64,000 nt of DNA. It comes from an uncultured archaeon. GTDB lineage: Archaea > Thermoproteota > Nitrososphaeria_A > Caldarchaeales > Wolframiiraptoraceae. Positions 30,890 through 39,339 of the stretch are shown here, in pieces. Position 1 is the stretch's first letter. Every line of letters starts with the position of its first letter. Under the pieces are notes generated by a model. It was not told the DNA's origin, searched no databases, and saw only the letters and a program-made list of their open reading frames with translations. The translations under genes were made by a program, and so were the position numbers. The stretch spans positions 9,105 to 73,104 of the forward strand of contig CALJVH010000024.1 of NCBI GenBank assembly GCA_937974645.1. The letters run 5' to 3'.

Positions 30890-31360
30890 TTATGGCAGCG
30901 CGTAGCCTCCATCTATTATTATGTTCTGCCTCGTTATGAAGTCTGATTTATCGCTCGCTAGAAAAAGCATTAAATAGGCGCCTTCTTCCGGCTTCCCGAA
31001 CCTGCCGAGGGGAATAGCTTGCCTTATCCATTTATAGGTCTCTTCGTTCAAAGCTTTTATGCCTATGCTTCAATGGACCCTGAAGATATAGCGTTCACGC
31101 TTATGCCATATTGAGCTATCTCCAGAGTTATTGTCCTAGTGAGTCCTGCTATCCCGGCCTTGCTCGCTGAGTAATGGACTAGATTCGGAAAGCCCGCTGT
31201 GGATCCCGCGACTGAGGCTCATCTTTGGAAGAACTGCTCTAGCGAAGTTGAAGGCTTCCTCGAGGTTTATATCGAGGGTTACTATCGCCCTTATCACTTA
31301 AGTCGAATATCACAGCGATATAACAACGTCATAATTTAGGTACCCTTTCTTTTGTCCCGG
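30890..31360 (-). pseudogene. Short-chain dehydrogenase/reductase remnant (N-terminally truncated and frameshifted)
   Basis: My translation recovers VIRAIVTLDINLEEAFNFARAVLPKM, then [46 protein letters not shown] followed by stops. In another frame it recovers [39 protein letters not shown] and a stop. There is no Rossmann GxxxGxG part and no ORF of 60 aa or more in the track. Confidence 0.65.
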
Positions 31361-31526
31361 GAGTTGTTGGTAAGAATTTATTAAATAGATTACAATGTTA
31401 TTATCACTGGAAGAAATAGCCGTTAAGGGGAGCGTGATTGAGGGTTTGAGCTGCGAGTGCGGGATTCGGCATGAAGATAGAAATAAAGGTTGTCACGCAT
31501 GCATCCCGAGATCTAGGAAGTGGCAT

Positions 31527-32528
31527 ATGGAGAGGCTTTTCCTGATAGTTCTGGGCCTAATTGCTCTTTACATAGTTCATATTGTTTTAGATCATTTTCG
31601 CGTACAGGTTCTAGGCAGCTTTTTCTCGGCTTTTTACGAGTACGCGGGGATACTATGGCTTCCAATGGCCATCGGACTGCTCATAGGGGGCTTGATCGAT
31701 CGGTTCGTCCCACCTGCGTATATCTGGAAAGTTCTCGCCCAGCATAGGAGGGGGAGCGTACTCTACTCTGTTGGGTTGGGCTTTCTCGCCTCGGCCTGCT
31801 CTCATGGTATTCTCGCGATATCTATGGAGCTTTATAGGAAGGGCGCGTCCACTCCGGCCATAGTCTCTTTCCTCTTGGCCTCGCCGTGGGCAAGCCTTCC
31901 GGTCACGATGCTGCTGCTCGGGTTCTTTGGAATTAAGGGCCTAGTATTCATATTCTCTGCAATAGCCATCGCCATAACAACCGGACTGCTTTATCAAGCA
32001 TTAGATAGAGCCGGAATGGTGGAGTGCAACGCCCATGGCGGCAAGCCCGAAGAAAACTTCTCGATCTTGGACGATGCTAGGGCTAGATTGCGCGCATACG
32101 ATTTCAGCGCTAAAAATATTTTTAGAGACTTGATCAGCGTCCTCAGGGGCTCATGGGAGCTGGCGAGAATGATCCTTTGGTGGATCATCATAGGAATGAT
32201 CAGCGCTGCAACCCTACATGCATACGTTCCTAGCGAGGCCTTCATGAACTACCTAGGCCCGACCATGCCTGGCCTATTAGCGACGCTGATATTCGCGACG
32301 GTGATAGAGGTATGCTCGGAGGGATCAGCCCCGCTCGCTCTGGAACTGTATAGGCAGACTGGTGCATTCGGAAACGCTCTCGTGTTCCTCATGGCCGGCG
32401 TTGCGACAGACTACACTGAGGTTGGCCTGATCTGGTCCAACATAGGCAGGAAAGCGGCCTTATGGCTGCCAGTCTTAACGGTCCCGCAGATAGTGATAAT
32501 CGGATATCTCCTGAACATCATCCTCTGA
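31527..32528 (+). CDS. Predicted permease, UPF0718/COG0701 (ArsP/YraQ-like)
   Basis: Polytopic membrane protein with about 8-9 hydrophobic segments. I preferred the ATG at 31527 (MERLFLIVLG). The track ORF starts at 31395 with a Cys-rich 44-aa extension of uncertain reality. Confidence 0.6.
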   Translation: MERLFLIVLGLIALYIVHIVLDHFRVQVLGSFFSAFYEYAGILWLPMAIGLLIGGLIDRFVPPAYIWKVLAQHRRGSVLYSVGLGFLASACSHGILAISMELYRKGASTPAIVSFLLASPWASLPVTMLLLGFFGIKGLVFIFSAIAIAITTGLLYQALDRAGMVECNAHGGKPEENFSILDDARARLRAYDFSAKNIFRDLISVLRGSWELARMILWWIIIGMISAATLHAYVPSEAFMNYLGPTMPGLLATLIFATVIEVCSEGSAPLALELYRQTGAFGNALVFLMAGVATDYTEVGLIWSNIGRKAALWLPVLTVPQIVIIGYLLNIIL

Positions 32529-32646
32529 GTCTTGGAGGCTTAGCAAGGCTCATCGGCAATAATGTGGGGTTGGTGAAGGCTTCCTCCAAGTTTTTATATA
32601 AACAAATGCTTCAACTTGAGAACGCGACGTGTGCTACGTGAATCGA

Positions 32647-33147
32647 TTATAGCATCAACTCTCGGTATGGGATATTCATATCAAATTGTATCTCAGATAT
32701 GTGGAATGCTTTTCCGTGGAACACCACGATATGGCGAGTGGTTTTCGGTGGTAAGAGCTCACCCCTCAGCCCGGCATTCAAGACTAGATCCTTTGAAAGG
32801 TGTTCCCCTCCTCTCCAGCTCAGGACCATGATATTGGGGGAGCGATAGCGCACAAGAAGACATGGAGCTCTTTTGCAGCCCAATCTCTTTAGGGCATCAA
32901 CCCTATGATGCCCATCTATGATAATCAGAGTCTCACGATCAACTACTATCGGCTTCCTGATGAGGCCGCATGACCTAATGTCACCGGCGATCTCTTTGAC
33001 AAGTCCTGGGTCAACGCACTCGTGAGGCCTCAGAATGCTTATAGGTAATATCGCCACGCTGGACGATAGCTCCCGGAGGATATGCTTAAAGCCGTCATTG
33101 TTCACGTATTCCTCAGCGGGCCCGAAGAGAATCATGTTTATTCTCAT
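32647..33147 (-). CDS. ParB/Srx-fold protein with an intact DGHHR motif (candidate SerK-like kinase)
   Basis: LRPHE...IRKPIVVDRETLIIIDGHHRVDALKRLG is the ParB N-terminal/sulfiredoxin-fold signature. 166 aa. It is divergent from a CysK-type gene that carries a paralogous N-domain. Confidence 0.6.
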   Translation of the reverse strand: MRINMILFGPAEEYVNNDGFKHILRELSSSVAILPISILRPHECVDPGLVKEIAGDIRSCGLIRKPIVVDRETLIIIDGHHRVDALKRLGCKRAPCLLVRYRSPNIMVLSWRGGEHLSKDLVLNAGLRGELLPPKTTRHIVVFHGKAFHISEIQFDMNIPYRELML

Positions 33148-33230
33148 TTTTTGTCATATAACTATGTAATATAAATTTTTCCCACAAAACTTTATAGCAT
33201 GTTATCCTCAGCTTTCTCAAGGTCAAGAGG

Positions 33231-34562
33231 ATGGTACATCCAAATGAAATAAAGGTCGCAGGTCTGGCATCATTGCGAAGGATCTTCGAGGTGGATCTAG
33301 CTCTCCTCATGGAGGCTTATGGGCGCCTTTTGAAGAATCGACGCCTCGATAAGCCTCTGATAGTCGATAGGGATACGTGGGTGGTAGTTGGCGGCGTCGA
33401 GGTTCTTGAGGCACTTGATCAGCTTTCAGCCCACAAAGCGCCCGTTCTACTGGTTGGCCAGGATCAGCTCGTGATCGAGCGATTATCTGGAGAGAAACTT
33501 ACATTGAATGATTTAATTGAAGAACATCGTACTAAGCGGAGCAGGTTATCACTCAGAGACTTCAGGATTGAATATCTGTTTGATGTTCCATCCATAGATG
33601 TTCCACTGGATGATCTATGCGAAAGCACGAGGCTCGATAGACGTTCTCTCAGGGTTTATGATGACACTTTATCCCTGCTCGTGGAGAATTGGCCGACACC
33701 GCTCGTAAAGCTCAAATCCTTCTCATCTGATGGGAGGTCAGTTTACGCGAAGCTGGAGTCGTTCAACCCGCTCAGCAATAGCGTAAAGGATAGGATTGGC
33801 TGGTCCATGATAATGGATGCTCTGAGCCGCGGGGCGCTCGGAGACTTTCTATATGAGGCCACATCTACGAATACCGGAATAGCCCTGACCTCAATAGCGA
33901 ACGTGCTGGGAAGGAGGGTCAAGCTCTTCATTCCGAAGACAATTCAGAAGGCCAGTGACATTTTCTTGAAAGTCCTCGACGCGGAGGTCATCAGGGTTCC
34001 CGTTAGCCTAACAGTAGAAGCTATCTCCGAGGTCGATGCATTAGCGAGGAGGGACTGCGCAGTACATCTGAATCAGTTCGAGAATGACGCCAACTTCAAG
34101 GTTCACCTCAAGTATACTGCAAGGGAGCTCGACCAGCAGCTAGAGTCCGTCGGAGTCAAGCCCGACTACATTATCGGCGGGCTCGGAACATCCGGCCACA
34201 TAAGCGCCATTTCACTTTACTTCAAGGGCAAGTATGGCGACGGCGTTAAGATATTTGGGGTCCAGCCAGCCCAAAACCAAGTGATCCCAGGGATACGAAG
34301 AATCGAGTCTGGAATGAAGTGGATTCACATGGTTAAGCTTGACGGAATAATAGACATAACACTGGACGAAGCCATTGAAGGGGCAATTGAGGTCGCGCGA
34401 AGAGAAGGCCTCCTAATAGGCCTGAGCGCCGGAGCGGTCTTCAAGGCGTTCAAACGACTCTCTCCAGAAAAGGGGAACGTAGTCTTAGTATTCCCCGACA
34501 GTGGTTACAAATATGCAGAGCAATTCGAGGACTATTTCAAGAGAATTGAACGGCCAGAATAG
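33231..34562 (+). CDS. Fusion protein: degenerate ParB/Srx-like N-domain plus a cysteine synthase / O-phosphoserine sulfhydrylase-type PLP domain
   Basis: The C-terminal roughly 290 aa carry TPLVKL, the PLP lysine SVKDR, STNTGIAL and GLGTSGH. The N-terminal roughly 150 aa align to ORF 32647..33147 (LDKPLIVDRDTWVVVGGVEVLEALDQLSAHKAPVLLV against IRKPIVVDRETLIIIDGHHRVDALKRLGCKRAPCLLV). Confidence 0.7.
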   Translation: MVHPNEIKVAGLASLRRIFEVDLALLMEAYGRLLKNRRLDKPLIVDRDTWVVVGGVEVLEALDQLSAHKAPVLLVGQDQLVIERLSGEKLTLNDLIEEHRTKRSRLSLRDFRIEYLFDVPSIDVPLDDLCESTRLDRRSLRVYDDTLSLLVENWPTPLVKLKSFSSDGRSVYAKLESFNPLSNSVKDRIGWSMIMDALSRGALGDFLYEATSTNTGIALTSIANVLGRRVKLFIPKTIQKASDIFLKVLDAEVIRVPVSLTVEAISEVDALARRDCAVHLNQFENDANFKVHLKYTARELDQQLESVGVKPDYIIGGLGTSGHISAISLYFKGKYGDGVKIFGVQPAQNQVIPGIRRIESGMKWIHMVKLDGIIDITLDEAIEGAIEVARREGLLIGLSAGAVFKAFKRLSPEKGNVVLVFPDSGYKYAEQFEDYFKRIERPE

Positions 34563-34689
34563 GCGAGGCTGCACGAGAGAAAATCTAAGCTTCGACTTAT
34601 TTCTCTGTCCTAAATACCTTAACCTCATTCTAGGAATAGCATCACGACTATACTGAGGTCAAACGGCTTTTCCTAGAGGAATCATAGCC

Positions 34690-34927
34690 CTTGAGGTTCT
34701 TGATCATGTAGAGTGCTAGGGTGGAGATTATTGAGGCAGTTGAGAACGGGGTCGAATAAGGGCGCCGGGAAAAATCAATACGAGGATCTCCGGAATTCTA
34801 AACCTCTCATGAATAATGTCAGCCAGAAATCCAATTATCAGTATCCCTGAGTCTATGAGGAGAATAATTGCGGGATCCAAAATGCTCCAACGATTCCCAA
34901 CTCGTAACTGGTTGAAATCTGCTTCAT
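34690..34927 (-). pseudogene. Possible remnant of the N-terminus of a cation:proton antiporter gene
   Basis: The reverse strand reads MKQISTSYELGIVGAFWI, then after a frame change DPAIILLIDSGILIIGFLADIIHERFRIPEILVLIFPGALI. This resembles CPA-type antiporter N-termini. It is broken by stops, and no downstream body is present. Confidence 0.3.
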
Positions 34928-35005
34928 TCTCTTAAAAGAGCACATATCCTGCAAGCTTACCTTACGTAAGCCGGGTAACTACCCGGAAAATATTCACAAG
35001 TTTTG

Positions 35006-35016
35006 AAATATAAATA
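35006..35016 (+). promoter_or_regulatory. TATA-box-like element upstream of tRNA-Ser
   Basis: AAATATAAATA, centred about 30 nt upstream of tRNA position 1 (35041). This spacing is typical for archaeal promoters. Confidence 0.45.
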
Positions 35017-35040
35017 GATCCTATGAGAGACAGCTATTAG

Positions 35041-35148
35041 GCCGGGGTCCCATAGTCTGGTAGTGGGTCGGCCTGGAGACTTTTGCGTTTTGGACTGGAT
35101 AGCCGATGCCCCTTCCGGGGCGCGTGGGTTCAAATCCCACCCCCGGCG
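35041..35148 (+). tRNA. tRNA-Ser (anticodon GGA) with a canonical-position intron
   Basis: Folded by hand. The acceptor stem GCCGGGG pairs with CCCCGGC, and the discriminator is G. The D arm is CCAT/GTGG with GG in the loop. The anticodon stem TCGGC pairs with GCCGA only after a 22-nt insert is removed, and the loop is CTGGAGA. A long variable arm (GCCCC-TTCC-GGGGC) is present. The T arm is GTGGG-TTCAAAT-CCCAC. No CCA is encoded. Confidence 0.85.
35079..35100 (+). other. tRNA intron (about 22 nt, between positions 37 and 38; the boundary is ambiguous by 1 nt)
   Basis: The 3' half of the anticodon stem (GCCGA, 35102-35106) lies 22 nt beyond the anticodon loop. I did not verify a bulge-helix-bulge fold. 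Confidence 0.65.
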
Positions 35149-35329
35149 CACAGCTATCATTTCCAGTCTGTTAAGCCTTTTCCACACGTAATCTTTACAG
35201 CTGATTTAAAATCGCCACTCGTCGCTATGCAATGATTTGTACCGGCTGAAAACCGATTCGGTGGGAGATATTCTATTTCATGGAGGTATTGCTTCTAGTG
35301 TAAGGTTCATTGTTGCAAGGGCTCCAGCT

Positions 35330-36313
35330 CTATAGATGGTTAAGGTTATAGTATCGCCTGGCTTCCCATGCTCCTCTAAATATGCCAAAAGATTGACTAT
35401 CCCGAATATATTTTTGTCCATCTGAGAGAGAAATTAGGGTAGTTCTAGCCTTGAGTCCGGCAGATGAAGTCAGACTGCCCTTTTCAACATTAGTTATGAG
35501 GAAAACTCGAGCATCTGGGAGATCCATGGGCTTAGCTATCTCAACGTCCACATCAACTCCCGAAATACTGATCCATGGGTGCTGATACTTTCCAGTTTCT
35601 ATTAGCGATTTAGCAACTTTAGTCACCATGTTCGAGAGTATGGCGAATCCTATTCCTGAAAATTCTCAGGTCTGGGAGTATATCGCTGTTGTAACGCCTA
35701 TAACTCTGCCGGAGTAGTCTAGTAAAGGTCCTCCGCTGCTTCCGGGGTTTATTGCCGCATCGAATTATATTACATTAGGAATAATTCTGCCCTCAATAGC
35801 TTCTAGGCATCTATTAAGTTGACTAATAACTCCCGCAGTCAAGCTTGCGGCGAGCTCGTAAGGATTTCTTACAGCGGTTACAAATTGTCTAATCTTGAGT
35901 GTAAAAGAATTTCTCAAGATCAAAGGTTTAAGTATCTTACCTTCCGGCTGTATATTCAACACCAATATGGATCCACTCTTGTAATCGTGGCCTTAAACGA
36001 GCTTTTTATCAAGAGAGAATGCATTAATTCCAATAGCATTCTCAACGACGTAGTAGTTTGTTACAATGTGCCCCAGTTCATTGTATACGAAGCCTGATCC
36101 TTGACGCAATGCATAAATCTTTCCGAAAATCGTCTCCACGACCACCGTTGCTTTGATGAGGACTATGGAATCTTTCACCCTTTTATAAACAAGCTCTGGA
36201 GTGGTTAGGTTTTGCTGCCCTGCTTGACTGGAGATGTTCATCTTAAAAGAGTCAAGATCGTGCTGAATTCCAAATAATCCACTATGGATTTCATTCAATC
36301 TATTCTGACTCAC
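35330..36313 (-). pseudogene. HtrA/DegP-type trypsin-like serine protease, inactivated by in-frame stop codons
   Basis: Three track ORFs (35993..36313, 35765..35965, 35330..35629) share one frame. Reading through gives GSGFVYNELGHIVTNYYVV ... V(TAA)GHDYKSGSILVLNI ... NVI(TAA)[32 protein letters not shown](TGA)EFSGIGFAILSNMV. The GxSGGP serine motif is present, and the catalytic His position reads Tyr. Confidence 0.75.
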
Positions 36314-36571
36314 AAAAAATTACTGTGCTAAGCTAAAGAAGTTTTGGTTAGATAATTAATACGCCGAGAATTGAGGCGAGAGAAAGTGTAAAAGTCATTG
36401 CGAGCAGAAGGAAGTTTTCTTCATCGTCGCTCGAAATTTGATTTTATTCTGTGAGGGTAAAAACCTTCTCATTCTAGACTAGTGTTTCATGAACGTTTCA
36501 TGAAGTTCCTTAATACAGAGTTTTTCTCGATGGTTTCTGCAGTGTTGAGAATGAGCCTTCAAGAACACGCG

Positions 36572-37273
36572 ATGGTGAATGAACAAGGCGAGGCGATTAT
36601 CGAGCTAGTGAACGTTAGAAAAGTCTACGTTTCTGATGGAGTCTCAACAGAGGCTTTGAGAGGTGTTACGCTGATGATTAAAAGAGGGGAGTTTGTAGCT
36701 ATAGTTGGCCCATCAGGTTGCGGTAAATCCACATTGTTACATATCGTGGGTGGGCTTGATAGACCGACGAGCGGCAAGGTAACAGTGGATAACATATGTT
36801 TCAATAAGCTCTCCGATGACGATTTAGCTAGAGTGAGAAATGAAAAAATAGGATTCGTTTTCCAGTTCTATAACTTGGTTCCACACCTCTCCGTTTTTAA
36901 GAACGTTGAATTACCATTAATTGTTAAGGGTACCCCACCTCGCGAGAGAAAGGAAAAGGTTCTGAGCGTTATTGATGAAGTTGGATTGGTTGATAAGGCG
37001 TATTCTAGGCCTACGAGGTTGAGCGGCGGAGAGCAACAGAGGGTCGCAATCGCCAGGGCGTTAATCAATGATCCTACAATAATACTAGCGGACGAGCCAA
37101 CCGGAAACCTCGATTCCAGAAACAAGATAGTGATAGCGGAATTATTTAGGAAGCTTAACGAGAGAGGTAGAACAATACTGGTGGTTACTCACGATTTTGA
37201 GGTCGCCTCATATGCGAGGAGAATTCTGCACATTAGGGATGGTAAAATCGAGCGGGAGGAGGTGAAATCATGA
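36572..37273 (+). CDS. ABC transporter ATP-binding protein, MacB/LolD-like
   Basis: Walker A GPSGCGKST, signature LSGGEQQRVAIARAL, Walker B ILADEPTGNLD. I preferred the internal ATG at 36572 (MVNEQGEAIIEL). The track ORF starts at the GTG at 36482. Confidence 0.85.
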   Translation: MVNEQGEAIIELVNVRKVYVSDGVSTEALRGVTLMIKRGEFVAIVGPSGCGKSTLLHIVGGLDRPTSGKVTVDNICFNKLSDDDLARVRNEKIGFVFQFYNLVPHLSVFKNVELPLIVKGTPPRERKEKVLSVIDEVGLVDKAYSRPTRLSGGEQQRVAIARALINDPTIILADEPTGNLDSRNKIVIAELFRKLNERGRTILVVTHDFEVASYARRILHIRDGKIEREEVKS

Positions 37274-39339
37274 ATCGGAGTCTAGCATTATGCATCATCT
37301 CACAAACGCTGATAATACTGTCGCTGATAACCCCATGCATAAGGGCCGAAACAGGAACAATAGAAATAATAGATGTTCATTGGGGCACATCTGAAAAAGA
37401 ATGGGCGGCGATGAGGGGTGACAAAGCGACACTAATAATCAAATTCAGAAGCTTAATTGAGGATGAAAAAATCTGCGGCCTGAAAGTGATTTTATGGCCG
37501 GTCGACCTTTACAGGCCCTTCCCATTCGCTAGTGTAAAAAATGGGAGTATCGTAACATATACTGATCAGCAAATAAGCTTTGGGGATAAGGCTGAAATCA
37601 CCTTTGACGTAAAAATTAAGGATGACGCCATGCCTGGAACCTATGAAGCCTATCTCTACTTCTTCTACTATGATTGCGGAGATCCAGAGATTCCACTAAT
37701 AATGCGGTTGCAAAAAATAAACATTGACGTTTGGCCTCTTCCAGAATTTAGGTTGCTTAACATAAACTGGCTTAGTAATGAGGGTGTTCAGGTTAATATT
37801 GGGCCCGGAGATGTAAACAGAATACTGTCCGTTACGTTTGCCGTTTCGAAATATTATGAAGTTTCCAATATAGTTGCAACCCTTTACCTTGACGAACACT
37901 TCAGCAATCTTACAGGCGGAAAGGAAGTGAAGTCAAGCTATACCGGACTTATAAGTGAGGGCGAAAGCTTCACGCTAAGGTTCCCGCTAAATGTGAACAC
38001 TGACACTTCGCCTGGCACATATACCCTGAAGCTGGTTATGGAATACTATGATAAATGGCTGACCCAGCAATCTCAAGAAATCTTAATCCCGATCACGGTA
38101 TCTGGTAGCAGCAAGCTCGATCTTTCAATAGAAATCCCTGCATTAACAATTGGATCAACCTCAAACATGAGTATCAAAGTCACTAATGTTGGAAATGCGC
38201 CGATATACTCTCTTAAGCTGACCATTTCTTCGGAAAACTTAGTGGTGGTTGATGGAGAAGTTGATGTCGATGAGCTGCAGCCTGACGACACGTTAAACCG
38301 CTTCTTCTCGGTATGGGTTCCGGTCACATTATCTGAGGGAACATATTCCATTTCAGTTCAAACGGAGTATATTGATTCAAACGGTGTTAAGCAGACCTTA
38401 TCCAAGACTATTAAAGCCTATGTTAAGTCGCAGCCAACGCTCAGCCTGTCAGGGTACACAAAGACTCCCGAGATTGTTTTAGGGGAGAGTCAGAATCTCG
38501 AAATAGTTGTGGAGAACAATTATAACTCCCCAATAAAAGATGTAAGTATTAAAGCAATTTTTGAGGGCATGTCATTGGTATCAGCGAGGGATAGCCTCTT
38601 TTTCTTTGATGAAATCCCTGCTAAGAGTTCTGTTAAGTTAAAAATCCCTGTAACTGCTCCGCCTTCAGCATCGATAGGGACTAATTATGTAAAATTATCA
38701 GCCACTTACCGTAGCCCTTCTGGAAACCTTAGAACTGATGAGATCTCCATTCCAGTAGTAATCAAGCCGGATCTGAAGCTCGAGATCGCCAGCCTCACGT
38801 TCTCCTCCACCTTCGCAGCCCCGGGGGAATCCATTGACATATCAGGCGACATATATAACAGGGGTCTCTCAGCAGGTAAGCTATGCGAGGTTAAAGTGGG
38901 AGCGTCAAGTCCGTTAATCGTAACCGAGGACTCAAGAGATTATATCGGTGATATTTCATCTCTTTCTAAAGCATCGTTTACCGTGACCATCGATGTGGCT
39001 GAGAATGCAAGGCCAGGAAAATATTCAGGCGCTATCATTGTTTCCTGTAGCGATTCATTCGGAAATCTTTATCAGCTTTCAAGGGAATTTGAAATACAGG
39101 TAACGCAAGGCTTCACTTTTCCAAGTCTCACGTATGGAACAATAAGTCCGCCACAAAGAGAAAGTACTGCGGCACGAACGCGTGTCACAACCACCGAAGG
39201 ATTAAGTTATCTATCGATGTTACAACGCCCAATAGCGATTTTACTAATAGTATCCATCATAGCGGGGGCCATAATCGCGTTCTTGTTTGTAAGAAGAAGA
39301 TCGTCGAAGAAGAGGAGACAGGAGAATGAGGCTACTTGA
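37270..39339 (+). CDS. Secreted, C-terminally anchored multi-domain protein with CARDB / COG1361 (S-layer-domain-like) repeats
   Basis: N-terminal signal-like segment, then five recurrences of a PGxYxhxh..Y.D motif (PGTYEAYLYFFYYD, PGTYTLKLVMEYYD, EGTYSISVQTEYID, IGTNYVKLSATYRS, PGKYSGAIIVSCSD). NxG strands are present (VTNVGNAPI), and there is a C-terminal TM helix plus a basic tail RRRSSKKRRQ. The ATGA start overlaps the ATPase gene. Confidence 0.65.
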   Translation: MNRSLALCIISQTLIILSLITPCIRAETGTIEIIDVHWGTSEKEWAAMRGDKATLIIKFRSLIEDEKICGLKVILWPVDLYRPFPFASVKNGSIVTYTDQQISFGDKAEITFDVKIKDDAMPGTYEAYLYFFYYDCGDPEIPLIMRLQKINIDVWPLPEFRLLNINWLSNEGVQVNIGPGDVNRILSVTFAVSKYYEVSNIVATLYLDEHFSNLTGGKEVKSSYTGLISEGESFTLRFPLNVNTDTSPGTYTLKLVMEYYDKWLTQQSQEILIPITVSGSSKLDLSIEIPALTIGSTSNMSIKVTNVGNAPIYSLKLTISSENLVVVDGEVDVDELQPDDTLNRFFSVWVPVTLSEGTYSISVQTEYIDSNGVKQTLSKTIKAYVKSQPTLSLSGYTKTPEIVLGESQNLEIVVENNYNSPIKDVSIKAIFEGMSLVSARDSLFFFDEIPAKSSVKLKIPVTAPPSASIGTNYVKLSATYRSPSGNLRTDEISIPVVIKPDLKLEIASLTFSSTFAAPGESIDISGDIYNRGLSAGKLCEVKVGASSPLIVTEDSRDYIGDISSLSKASFTVTIDVAENARPGKYSGAIIVSCSDSFGNLYQLSREFEIQVTQGFTFPSLTYGTISPPQRESTAARTRVTTTEGLSYLSMLQRPIAILLIVSIIAGAIIAFLFVRRRSSKKRRQENEAT

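Noticed and set aside
31395-31526. A Cys-rich 44-aa N-terminal extension (CECG...CHAC) of the permease ORF as a metal-binding domain
   Set aside because: An internal ATG at 31527 starts right at the first TM helix, and the extension overlaps the SDR-remnant/promoter region. I have no evidence it is translated, so I kept it only as a note.
33113-33310. 65-aa minus-strand ORF spanning the divergent promoter between the two ParB-like genes
   Set aside because: It overlaps both flanking gene starts, has no motif, and is AT-rich promoter-like DNA.
34800-34900. A C/D-box sRNA candidate (ATGA-like and CTGA elements) in the gap before tRNA-Ser, plus a similar look at 47214-47363
   Set aside because: The boxes deviate from RUGAUGA/CUGA and lack the C/D'/C'/D spacing and terminal stem. 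The first region is better explained as an antiporter gene remnant.
34957-35187. 76-aa minus-strand ORF
   Set aside because: It lies directly across the tRNA-Ser gene (35041..35148). The tRNA fold explains the sequence.
35666-35668. The in-frame TGA in the HtrA-like gene read as selenocysteine or programmed read-through
   Set aside because: Two further in-frame TAA stops occur in the same gene and the catalytic His is lost. No SECIS-like context is evident. A pseudogene is the simpler explanation.
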